This document shows, in pieces, positions 1-11,147 of a stretch of DNA of 45,295 bases. How positions within the stretch are numbered: position 1 is the stretch's first letter; the number at the start of each line of letters is the position of its first letter. The translations under genes were made by a program, and so were the position numbers. The notes under the pieces are model-generated. The model was not told where the DNA came from and searched no databases. It saw nothing but the letters and a program-made list of their open reading frames with translations. This DNA comes from Chrysochromulina tobinii. Lineage: Eukaryota. The stretch is from the NCBI GenBank assembly GCA_001275005.1, contig JWZX01003283.1:1-45295 (forward strand), read 5' to 3'.

Positions 1-1
1 A

Positions 2-3000
2 CGGCTGAAGGCGGAGCTGGATAAGCTGCCGCCCAAGATGCTTCAGGTCCGCAGCGGGCACTCCCTCGAGCCCGTCGACTTGAGCGCCAGCCGGCTCGAG
101 ATGCGCGTCGCCGACGTGATCGCCCGCATCGAGGGAGCCACCTTCACTGCCGGCGCTGACAAGGCCATCGTCATCAACCTTTACAAGAAGTTTGTGGAAC
201 GGATTGCGGTCGCGCTGCAGCGATTGTTGCCCAAGATGCGCGCGTCCCACGTTGCGACGGCCGCGCCGCCGGAGCCGCTGCCGCAGGTTGATGCGCCCGC
301 CGCCGCGCCGCTGCGCCTCGCCGAGGGACAGCCGCTGCTGCTGCTCTCTTGGGACGCGGGTGGCGGGCCGCGCTTTGGCGTCGTCGTCGATGCGACCGGG
401 GGGCGCGTCGCCGTCGCGGGCGGCGACGACGTGGAGCTGTCCTACGACCGTTGCAGCCAGGCGGTGCTGCCGTGGCGGCCGCCCGCTGCCGGCTGGGAGG
501 CCGCGTTCGTCGGCGATGCGCGTGCGCTTCGAGACCTCGCCGAGCCCGCACGCCGCCTGGCGGACGATGCTCAGCAGATGGAGTCGGAGTCGGCGCTGCG
601 TGCCGTGGGCGAGCGGGCGCGCGAGATTGCCCACAGCGTGGTGCGGTGCCAAGCCATAGCGCACGCGGCGCGCGAGGCGGGCGGCGCCGTGCAGTCGTGC
701 GTGGACGCGGCGGCGGCGCTCTTCCGGGAACAGAAACAGGGCGATCGCACGCAGCTCCAAGCCGCGCTCGGCAAGGTGCGCGAGGCGGTCGAGAGGCTGC
801 AGCCCGTCGCGCTCGAGGCCATGGTCACTACGGCGCTGCGCTCCAGCGGCGCGAGCGGCGCCCGGCGCTACGCCACGGGCCAGCCGCTCACCGTGCGTAC
901 GGCCGGCGGCTGGCGCGATGCCGACGTGGCAACGGTCGGCGCCGACGGCCTCTGCCACGGCCTCACCTTCTTGGAGGGCAGCGGCGAGCCACCAGCCACG
1001 CTGACGCTGCACCCGTGGAACCACGCGCCGCGCGAGCTGCCGCAGGTCGCCTTCGAGGCGCTGCGTGTATGGTGGACGCGGGGGCTGCGCGCTCAGCATG
1101 GGGGCATTGCCGACGCCCCCTCACGGGCCACCGGCTCGATGCGCTGCAGCAGTGCGTCGCCATCAGCGTGACGGGGGGTGCTGCGGCAGAGGCGGAGGCG
1201 GCCGCCATCAGCGACGCGCACAGCCTGCTCGGATGGCTGCTTGCGCAGCACGGCGCGCAGCTCGAGGGCCGCACAATGGAAGCGCCACGCGCGGCGCTGC
1301 TCACCGCCGGCCCCGCGAGCGGCAAGACGACGCTGCTGTCGCAGGTGGTGACGCTCGCGCTCCAAGACGAGCACACGGAGCTCGTGCCCATCCTGGTCAA
1401 GGTGCAGGTCTTGCAGCAGCGGCTGCTCGACGCGCCCGACGCCTTCGCCTCCGCGTGGAACTACATTGACGCCTACCTGCGCCTCGAGCACGAGGCGAGC
1501 CGCCCCGCGCTCTACCGCATGCTGCGTCAGGCGATGATGGCGCGTCGGGCGCTGCTCCTCCTCGACGGGCTCGACGAGGCCGGCGCCAAGCGCGCCGACA
1601 TTGAGCTCCACGTGGTCGAGGTGCTCGCGCCGCAGGGCCACGTGCTGCTCTGCACCTCGCGGCCGGCGGGCGTCGACGAGGCGCGCTTCGCCGCCTTCCG
1701 CCGCCTCGAGCTCGCGCCGCTCTCGGACGCGCAGCAGGAGCGCGCGCTCGAGCAGCGGCTCGGCGCGGAGCGCGCGGCCGCGCTGCTGCCGTACGTGCGC
1801 GACACCGTGCCGCGCGATGACAAGGGCCAAAAGGTGACGAGCAACCCGCTCATGCTCTCAATGGTCGCCTCCGTGTACGAGCTGCGGCAGGGCATTGGCA
1901 TGCCCGCCACGGTAGCCGAGCTGTACGCGACCGCGTCGGACGCGATGCTCGCGCGCGGTGGCGTCGCGTCGGCTGAGCTCCTGCGGTTGCTGCAGCGCAT
2001 CTTCTTTGAGGCGCACGTTGCGCAGCGCCGCCTCATTGAGGACCGGCAGCTCGACGAGGCGGCGCTCGGCCTGGAGGCGCCCGAGGTGCTCGCAAAGATC
2101 CGGGCCGAGGCGGCGGTGGCGCCCTTCGAGCCCTTTGGCGGCCGCCCCGAGGTGGGTCACTATGTCGAGGTGAAGTACGGCGAGCACAAGGGCAAGCGCG
2201 GCGTGATCACGACCGACCACGAGTCCAGGCACAAGTACTACAAGGTGACCTTTGCCAACGGCACGGAGAGCGACTGGCTCAAGCCCGACGAGCTGCGCTC
2301 CTCGGGCCTCGCGGGCGAGACGGCCGTGCTCCAGCGCGCGATGGCGGCGAGGGCGCCCGCTGTGCGCGCGGCGTGCGAGGCGCGCCTGTCGGTGGCGCTG
2401 CGTACGGCGCTGCGCACGGTGCGCGAGCGCGTGCTCGTCGACGCGCTGCCGCTGCTCAGCCTGGTGCAGTTCGAGCCGCTGCAGCTGCAGTCGTCGCACC
2501 TCTCCTTCCAGGAGTACTTTGCCGCTCGTGCGCTGTGCGAAGAGGGCACCAAGCTCTCGGGCACGCCGCCGTGGCAGTGGCCCGCGTGGTGGGCAAACGC
2601 GGTGGAGCTCGGTGCCCAGATGGGCGACGGCTTTGGCCGAGGGCTGCTGCGTGCGGCCGGGGTGACGGGCAGCACGCTCGACCTCTCGCAGAAGCTCAGC
2701 GGCGACCCGCCGACCGTGCGGCGTGTGCTGGCGGCCGTGGTTGCCGGTGCCGGCAAGCTGAGGACGCTCGGCCTAAGCCAGAACAAGCTCGATGCAGAGG
2801 ATGCTCGAGCTCTAGCCCCTGCCTTGAAGACCACGGCGCTGACAAGTCTCTCCGTCGCCAACAGCAACATCGTCGGGGAGGGGGCGCAGCAGCTTGCGAC
2901 GGCAGTGCTCAGCAGCTCGTCGCTCGAGGTGCTCTCTGGAGTGCCGATCAAGAAGCTGCGCGCGGGCAAGCTGACAAAGCTCGACCTGAAGGGCAAGGGT

Positions 3001-3642
3001 CTCGGGGCGACCGAGGGCATTGTGCTGGCCGAGCTGATGCAGCTCAGCCCGGTGCTTGAAAATCTCTCCGTCGCCAACAACAACATCGACGGGGAGGGGG
3101 CGCAGCATCTTGCGAGAGTAGTCCTCAGCAGCGCATCTCTCAAGGTCTTCTCAGAGATCCCAATCAAGAAGATACGCGCGGACGCGCTGACGAAGCTGGA
3201 CCTGAGAGGCGTTGGGGTCTCCGGCGCCCTCGTCCTCTCTGATCTGCTCAAGTTCAGCTCGGCGCTCAAAAGCTGCAACTTGCTCAAGAACGGCCTCGAC
3301 GTGGAGTCGGCCACGATGCTTGCCAAGATTGGTGCAGAGAAGGGCATCATGCTCTCGGGCATGCCGCGCTACCAGACAGTGGCCGACTTCATGGGCCAGG
3401 GCCTCCAACCCGCCGACGCCATCCTGATCGCATCTGACCTGCGGTTGATGGCGGTCTTGACCACACTGCACCTGAACGGTAACAACATCGGTGCGGAGGG
3501 TGCCAAGGCGATCGCGGAGGCGCTGAAGGTCAACGCGGTCCTGACCAAGCTGTGGCTTGGAAACACTAACATGGGAGATGCAGGGGAACAAGCGGTGCGA
3601 GACGCGGTGAAGGGCCGGAGTGGATTTAAGTTGAAGCTGTAG
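2..3642 (+). CDS. NACHT NTPase plus RI-like LRR protein (NLR/NLRC3-like); 5' end outside the window; apparent frameshift near 1100-1120
   Basis: Walker A GPASGKTTL, Walker B LLLLDGLDE, NPLMLSM, winged-helix HLSFQEYFAA, C-terminal RI-type LRRs (LxxLxLxxNxIGxEGAKAIAEALKVN). The frame of ORF 38..1171 is open from position 2 and must join the frame of 349..3642 at about ...HGGIADA/LTGHRLDALQQ..., next to the G5 (1100-1104) and C5 (1116-1120) runs. Confidence 0.85.
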
Positions 3643-3724
3643 ATTGTGCAAGCACTGTGAACATGTGTGGATTGCTGCTGTGGGTTATTTCCTAATTTGG
3701 CAGCTGCCTGATTAGGCCGGTTTT

Positions 3725-4730
3725 CAATGGGGTGGTGACCACCCTCTCCCTCGGAGGCAAACAACATCAGGGATGAGGGTGCCGTGCCATCGCTTAAGCC
3801 ATCGCAAGAATCGCGGAGGCGCTGAAGGTCATAATGAAGGTCACCGCGGAGCGCGGTCCTGACCGTTATCGAACATCTTTTGTTCACAACAAGATCGGGG
3901 TCCAAGGCGATCGCGGAGGCGCTGAAGGTCAACGCGGTGGTGACCACCCTCTGCCTCGGACGCAACAATCAAAGTTAAGTACTTAACGCGGTTATGAGAG
4001 GTAAGAGGGAGAAGAGAAACGATGAATCTAGAACCCAGAAGCAGAACGCGGGTGTTTCAGGACAAACCCACTCCCTCGAAAGACTGCAATCCTTCCGCCT
4101 TTCGATGGAGTCGACTCAGCGTCCCTCGCCTCAGTCAATCAATCGCCCTCACCCTTCGCCGCACCTATGTCGCATGATAGGGGTACGGGTACATACATCA
4201 TGCTGTGATAGAGGACGCATGGTATAGTAACCGGGCATACCATGCGTCCTCCACGGTCCACACGCCAGTCAGGCGAGGTGGTTGCCGTGTCCGTGGGGAC
4301 TACAGGTCCTGCCCAGGGTCGCATACGGTGAGGCTCGGCCACGCGCGAGACGTTAACGGCTGACGAAACTCGGTTTCGTCAACGACGAAACTCGCGCGGC
4401 GACCAGCCCACCGTCATCACGAGGAGGTATTCAAGCTAACCAAGAACTATGAACAACCAGACTCTGAAGGTCAACGCGGTGGTGACCACCCTCTCCCTCG
4501 CACGCAACAACATCGGGGGTGCAGTGCCATCGCGATCGCGGAGGCGCTGAAGGTCACGGCTTAGGTCACGGCGGTCCTGACCAAGCTGTGGCTCAGCGAC
4601 AACAAGATCGGCGTTGACGGTGCCAAGGCGATCGCGGTGGCGCTTAAGGTCAATGCGGTCCTGACCCGCTTGGACTTGGACCGCAACTCAACTACATCGG
4701 CGTTGACGGCGCCAAGGTTGTTGTTATGTA
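3725..4730 (+). pseudogene. Degenerate LRR-coding cassettes (about 6 units of ~84 nt) downstream of the NLR stop, in two blocks (3725-3968 and 4464-4730)
   Basis: Repeated gcggaggcgctgaaggtcaacgcggt.(c/g)tgacc...aacaa.atcgg units matching the last LRRs of the gene (3448-3570), with indels and stops. Confidence 0.85.
3969..4463. mobile_element. 495-bp non-LRR insertion bracketed by a 47-bp direct repeat, containing hairpins (putative non-autonomous element)
   Basis: 3922-3968 and 4464-4510 differ at 2 of 47 nt. Internal palindrome 3974-3987, perfect 15-bp inverted repeat 4211-4225/4237-4251, hairpin 4361-4381. Confidence 0.4.
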
Positions 4731-5337
4731 GAGCCGACGCGAAGACAACGTCGCAAGCAGCGACGCGCCGTCTTCCCGCGTCTCTCAATCAGATACTCCC
4801 GGGTAGCTCGTTCACACACAAAGGTCCCCGACCTTGCTCGGATGACATCGGCTCGCCTCGCGAGTCTGCCTGTCGTCCCCTCTTCGGCTTTGACCTTCAC
4901 TCACCCTGAGTGATGGTTGTGCCTGCCCTTGCCCGCGCTGTCCTGTCTCCTGAGCGCAAGCGGCGGCCTTCCTTTCTACCTCGCTCCACGTATCCGAAAT
5001 CCCTCCCTGCGGCCACCAATTGCGAATTGGTAGGTAGCTTGGTCAGTTTACAGTTACTACAAATCTCTCTCTCTGCGGCCGGAGTTTGGCCGGAGCCGCG
5101 TGGCCGCCGGCGTCACCGGTCCTACGTACGTTTTGCGAACCTGAGTGTGGTGAGTGAACACGAGTCAATACTTGACATTATTATAATAAAATGAAAACAA
5201 GATAGTCCAAGCAAGTACTTGTACAGTACCGATTGCATGCGATGGCCGATTGATAGCAATACGTACTTGTTTCTTGAAGTTTGATCTGATGTGAATCAAG
5301 TTCACTTGAAATAGCATGAGCCCCAGGCGGCTAGTTC

Positions 5338-8300
5338 TTAAGCGCACGAGCACACCACGGCTGGGGCCACGTCGCCCGTCAAGTACGCGTAGCTGGCGTA
5401 CATCGAGAGCTTGGTGGAGATGGGGAGGGCCGCCTCCGGGCTCGCCATGAAGGCCGCGGGATCGCTGACTTTGAATGTAACGCCCGCGTACTCGACGGTG
5501 GCAGCGCCGTCCTCGTCCAGCACAGTCAGAGCAGCGCAGCCGTTGGGGTTGCATGCCGGAAGAGGGTGGGCAAGGGCCATGAGACCATCGAGAGTGCCTA
5601 AGGCCATGAGAGCGCCAAGGGCCAGCCAGAGGACACCGAGCACCCCCGGGGCCGAGGGCACGAGCATGTTGAGGGCCCTGCGATCAGAGAGGGCACTCAG
5701 CATGCAATGAGGGAGGCACTCAGCATGCAATGAGGGAGGGCACTCAGCATGCAACGAGGGCCCCTGCGAGGCCGTGCAGCACGGAGGAGCAGGTCTCAGA
5801 GAGAGAGAGGTCAGCTTCCTAATTTGGATGCATCAAGGCAACAGTTGCCTAATTAGGCAGTTGAGCGCGTTCGAGAGCGCGAGCTGCGAGCATACCCTGC
5901 CACGACGATCGTGCTCAAGTTGATCAGGTTTCGAGTCCACAGAGAGAGCGAATGCATGCACATAGAGGCGGGCACGCCAACGTCCGACGAGCCGCTGCCA
6001 GTTGTAGCAGCGGAGGCGAGGCAAGCGTGCAGTGTGCACGTGGCGACCACCGAAAGCGCCGAGCCGATGCACAGTGCACTCACAGCCCATGGGCGTGCGT
6101 GCAACGGTGGACGCTGCGTGAGGCGCCAAGGGAGCCAGATCCATAGACTCGACGCGAGCGGCACACCAAACGCGAAGGCGGCTGGGAGTGAATGCATGCA
6201 CATATTGGGAGTGAATGCATGCATGCCAAACGTCAAGGTGGCTGGGAGTGCGGCGACGGCGATCGCGTGCGCGGCGCTCAGGACGGCGCCCAGGACGGCG
6301 CTCGGGCACTGGCGCGTGCCGTTGGTGACCACCAGAGCGCCCAGCACAGCGTCTGCATCGAGCGCTACGTCGAGCGCGCCGGCGTCGGAGCGTTGCCTAA
6401 TTAGGACATCCAGCGCGCTCGCCTCGGACCGAATCCGAACGAAGACGAGCAGCGCGATCTGCACGCTCACACCGAGGAGTACCGGGCCGCGGCTCCACCG
6501 AAGATGGTCCCTCCAGCGCGCCCGTGCATCCAAGCGCTCGGCGGCCGCACGTCGGCCCATGGCGAGGTGCAGCACCGCCCGCGGGGGCAGCGCCGTGTCG
6601 AGCGGCTCCTCCTCCTCGGTGAGAGACGCCTTGGCGGTGGAGCGCAGCTGCTCGTGAATAGCCGCGGCGCTCGCGCGGGCGGCTCGGCGCATCGCGTCGA
6701 GTCGGGCGGGCTCTCTTAACAGTCGCTCGATCTCGGCTGTGAATGCCCTCTCGTCGGCTGTGAATGCCCTCTCGTCGGCTGTGAATGCCCTCTCGTCGGC
6801 GACGGGTGCGAGATCTCCAAAGTTCGCGTGCTCGCCCACGTCGAACGCGAGCACGGGCACTCCAAAAAAGGCAGCCTCCTGAGCGGGATTGCAAAAGTGC
6901 TCACAGTGTGCCGAGACAAAGACGACGCTCGCCTCCCTATACAACATCGCGAGCCGCGCCTCGTCCACGTCACCGAGCCACTCGACCTGAGAGCTATGCA
7001 GCCCGAGCGCGATCCGCGTCGTGTTGAGCTCGGCGGCATGCGCCGCGTCGGCCGTTACGCTGCCCACGATCCGCAGCGTCCAGTGCTTGAGCCCGTGGCC
7101 ACGCGCCGCGCCGAGCGCGCGGAGGACGACGCCGAGGCTCTTGCGCGGGATCGCGTGGGCTACGACGAGCAGCTGCAGCGACGCGACGTTCCGAGGCTCG
7201 CTGCGGCTAACGCTGCGGCTGGGTGGCGGCGCAGGCGGCAACGGCAGCGAGTCCTCCTCTTCCACAGGCGTCACGAGCGCTGTATCGAGCGCTGTGTCGA
7301 GCGCTGTGTCGAGCGCTGTATCGAGCGCTGTATCGGCGGCCTCTGCCTGCGCTGCATCGGTGAGCGCGTCGGTGAGTGCGTCGGAATCCACGGAATCCAC
7401 AGACTCATCTCGACTCGGTGGCGGCGCTGGTGGCGAAGGCAGCGAGAACTCGTCTGGAGCCCCGTCGACTGCGGCGGCGGTAGCGGCGGCGGCGGCGGGC
7501 GCGCCAAGCGCTGTATCGGCGGCGTCGAGCTGCGCGTCGGTGAGCGCGTCGATGTCCACATCCACGCCGGTGGCGGAGGTGTCGAAGCGGATCGGTGGGC
7601 GTATGATGGAGATAAGCGTAGGCTCAAGGGTAGGGAAGGTCCGAACGAGCGTCGAGCGTGTCATCTCGCCCGCCGCGAGGATGGCGTGGCATCGCGTGAG
7701 CACTGCTTTCTCCTGATCGAGAGAGGCGATCAGAAAGGCCATCAGAGAGGCCATCCGACATGCGATCCGAGGCGCAATCAGATGCGAGCAGATCTCATCA
7801 GTGGTCATCAGTGGTCATCAGTGGTAATCAGCTCTCATCAGTGGCCATCAGCTCTCATCAGTGGTCATACCTGCTCGAAACAGAGCTGGCGGGTGGCCTC
7901 GGACACATCGCACTCCCAACTGAACGGGTAGTGCTCCATTGCGACGAGGGTCACCTCATGCGCGGGCCTCGCCTCGACGGGCGCCACGAGCTGTGAAGTG
8001 ACGCGCGAGGCGATCAGTGGCGATCAGTTGCTACCAGTGGCGATCGTCATCATATCAATCGATCGTCCGTGGCAATGTCGAGGGCACTCGATGGGACTCG
8101 ATGGCCATCTGAGCGGCCCTCAAAAGGCAAGCACACGGAGCCACCAGCAAGGCCATCAGAGGCCCTCAAAAAGCAAGCACCTGGAGCAGTGCGAGACCGT
8201 CCATCACTACGACCGAGCCGGGGGGGAGCGCCCCGAATCTCGCCGCCGCCTCCTCGCGGCTGATCAGGCTCCGGTCGTCACTACCTCGGGGGCTCGTGGG

Positions 8301-9263
8301 CGGCGGCGAGTAGGCTGTCCGGTTCGTCGGGTTCGTCAACGCAGCCCTCGAGATGAAGATCTCGTGCTCGGTCGGGTTCGTCAACGCGGCCCTCGAGATG
8401 AAGATCTCGTGCTCGTACGCGAGCTCCCACAGCTCGGGCTCGAGCTTCCACAGCGGTCGATTTCGAATCGAGCTCGCGCACGACCTCGAGAGGCCCTCGT
8501 ACATGAGCCTCTCGAAGATGTAACCACCGCTCGTGCTGTGAAGAGGCCCAACCGTTGCCAAGACGAACCGGGGCGCTGCGGCGAGGCGGCGGCGGAGGAC
8601 CTCGCGCGCCATCAAGGCGTACGAGAGCCCAAAGGAGGCTGCGTTGATAGAGCAGCCGGCAAGCCCCATGCTGTAGCTCAACCAGCCAGGGGCGTGGGCG
8701 GCGTGGGCGATGCTCGCGCCGACGAGGCAGACGCCCATGATGCCCTCCGCCGTCCGGGCGAATGGCATGTGCCACTCGAAGCCTGGGCAGAGCGCGCGCA
8801 TGAGGACTACGAAGAGGTAGTGCGCGCAGCCTTGGTGCACCGCGAGCCAGCGCGGCGCTAGGCCGAGGCGTATGAGCTCCGCAGATGCCACCAACGTGCC
8901 GAAGGCATCTGCTTCCTCGTCCAGAAGGCTGCCAACTGCGCTCGCCTGATTGAGACGTCGCGCCAGAGCCCCATCCGCAAAGTCGAGGAGCACAAAGAGG
9001 AGCCCGGCCAGGCATCGCACGCTGCCCGATTCCACAGGATAGAGCACGCAGGTCGCAGCCACCGCGATGCGAAGTAACGTGACGACATTGGGCCAAGTGG
9101 AAAGCAGGGCACGAATGGGCAGCAGCACGAACAGTGAGACCGGAAGTGCCGCTGCGGGCAAGTAGGCGAGACCCAGCTCCGTGCACAATTCCGAAGCGGC
9201 CGCAGCGCAGAGCAACGTCACGCAGATCGCGAGCCGCAGCGCGTCGATCTCGCTGTGCTGCAT
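5338..9263 (-). CDS. Fusion protein: CDP-alcohol phosphatidyltransferase + GT4 (GT-B) glycosyltransferase + lysylphosphatidylglycerol-synthase-type (UPF0104-like) TM region; about 1119 aa, 4 exons
   Basis: Exons 9263-8181, 7990-7871, 7712-5896 and 5677-5338 join in frame through GT-AG introns. CDP-AP motif DFADGALARRLNQASAVGSLLDEEAD; GT4 motifs SGGYIFERL, VVMDGLAL, LVAMEHYPF, AHAIPRKSL and EX7E (EHFCNPAQE); C-terminal hydrophobic region with PSAPGVLGV. Extra small introns in exon 3 cannot be excluded. Confidence 0.75.
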
Positions 9264-9793
9264 CGAATTTCAAAGATTCGTCAAATGAAAACGTCAGAAG
9301 TTGAAAGTCAAGTCACGTCAATTTAAGTCAAGTCAACTTGATGGGTCCACAGAGTGGTTACCAGGTGGGGGGGGAATTAATTCATTCATTTACACCGTTC
9401 CATCAGCACCTCGTAAAATAAGCGCAGCTCGATCACGCAGCAACATGTGCGCCGCTAATTTGGTCGCCGTTCACCACAGAAGCCTACGCCACTCCGAGCG
9501 CAGGTGAACCGCTCCGCAAAAGAGCGGTCCTTGGCGGGAGCGTGTGTACCTCAGCCGCTTGTCCTTTAGGAACATCCCACGAGCTCCCATCGAGATTGGG
9601 CCACTCCGCGAATGCTCACGAAGCCGAAGCCGCCGCGTGTCTAGGGCTCCTTGTGATTACCTCCCTCATCAAGCCGCCGCGTGCTAGGGCTCCTTGTCGC
9701 TCACGACGGCGCGCGTAGACGACACGCACAGCAGCTACAGCTGCAGCACGAGCATTGAGCATGCATTCCTCCAGCGCACATGCATGCTAATGC

Positions 9794-11016
9794 TCATGAG
9801 CTCTCATGACGGCGCTCGCACACGACGCGCGTATACCCGTGTGGGTCTGGCGCTTCACCCATCTGCAGCTTCGTCACCGCGTTGTACAGGCGCTCGATGG
9901 TGGCATAGCTCTTGAACTGATGCACTTTGCCCGCGCGCGTGATCGTCTTGATCGGCGTCACTACCACCGCAGTGCCGCACGCGGCCACCTCACGAAGCGA
10001 GGGCACCTGAGGCCATCCGCGTCATCAAGCGGTCCTCAGCGGTCATCAGCACACCTCCTCCCACGTCATCAATCGGCCATCAATCGGTCATCAGCGGCCA
10101 TCAGCGGCCATCAGCGGTCATCAGCGGTCATCAGCGGTCATCAGCACACCTCCTCCCACGCGACCGGACGCTCCTCGACCGGGATCCCCATGTCGCGGGC
10201 CTGCTGAAGCAACACACCCTTGGTGCAAGAGGGCAGGATCGAGCTCGACGTGGGCGTCACCAGCACGCCCTTCTCCGTCACTCCGAGAAAGTTGGACGTA
10301 GAGAACTCCTCGACGTACTGGTTGGTCGCGGCATCGAGGTAGAGGCAGACCGGGTAGCCCTTCTTCTTCGCCTCCGCCGAGGGCGAGACGTCGGGTGCGT
10401 AGTTGCCCGCCGCCTTGATCGAGCCCACGCCGCGCGGCGCGGCGCGGTCGAAGCCGTCCACCACGAGCGCATCGATCGCTTCCAGACCGCCCTTGTAGTA
10501 CGCGCCCACCGGGCTTGCCACCACGCAGAAGGCGTACTCGGGCGCCGGGCCGAGGCCGAGCTTGGCGCCGTGGCCGAAGAGGAAAGGCCGTAGGTACATG
10601 GAGCCGCCCGAGCCGTACGGCGGCACGTAGTCGACGTTGTCCTTTATGACGCGGTCGACCGCGTCGTCGAACATGGCCCGCTCGACGGTGGGCATGTACA
10701 GCCGCTCGCAGCCGCTGCGCAGGCGCGCCGCGTTCGCGCCGGAGTTGAAGACGCGCACCTTGCCGTCCTTGCAGTGAAAGGCCTTGAGGCCTTCGAAGAT
10801 GGCCTGGCCGTAGTGCATTACATTCGACAGAGCGTGAATGTTCAGGTTGAAGTCCTGCTGCAGGTGGCCCTCGTCCCACGAGCCATCGGCCCAGTTGTGC
10901 TTGATCATCGAGCGGGTCTGCGTGAAGTTGAAGCCGAGCGACTTCCACGCGATCGCTGGCTGCGTAGAGAGCGCGCGCGCTGTCTGCGCGCGGAGTGGTC
11001 GCATCGCTCCACGCAT
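9794..11016 (-). CDS. BCAT: Branched-chain amino acid aminotransferase, probably mitochondrial; intron 10007-10149
   Basis: HYGQAIFEGLKAF, YLRPFLFG, IKAAGNYAP (PLP lysine), EEFSTSN, ILPSCT, ACGTAVVVTPI. The GT-AG intron joins WEE to VPSLREV in frame. Arg-rich N-terminus; start 11016 or 11004. Confidence 0.95.
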
Positions 11017-11147
11017 CCGGAGGGCTCCGTCGACCGTGAGGCGATCACCGCCTCGAGCGCACGCGTTGCCGCGGGCGGCTCCTGGGAGGCATGCTGTGCT
11101 GCTCTCCACAATCGTCTTGCGAAGTCTCGGAAAGTTCTCTAGACGAA

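Noticed and set aside
349..1110. N-terminal Arg-rich part of the 1097-aa ORF
   Set aside because: Off-frame translation; the plausible protein is in the 38..1171 frame up to the frameshift.
5172..5187. Bacterial sigma70 promoter (ttgaca...tataat)
   Set aside because: Spacing is about 4 nt rather than 17; AT-rich eukaryotic 3' region.
5420..5510. YHS-like motif (VEYAGVTFKVSDPAAFMASPE) at the fusion C-terminus
   Set aside because: The resemblance is too short to call without a profile search.
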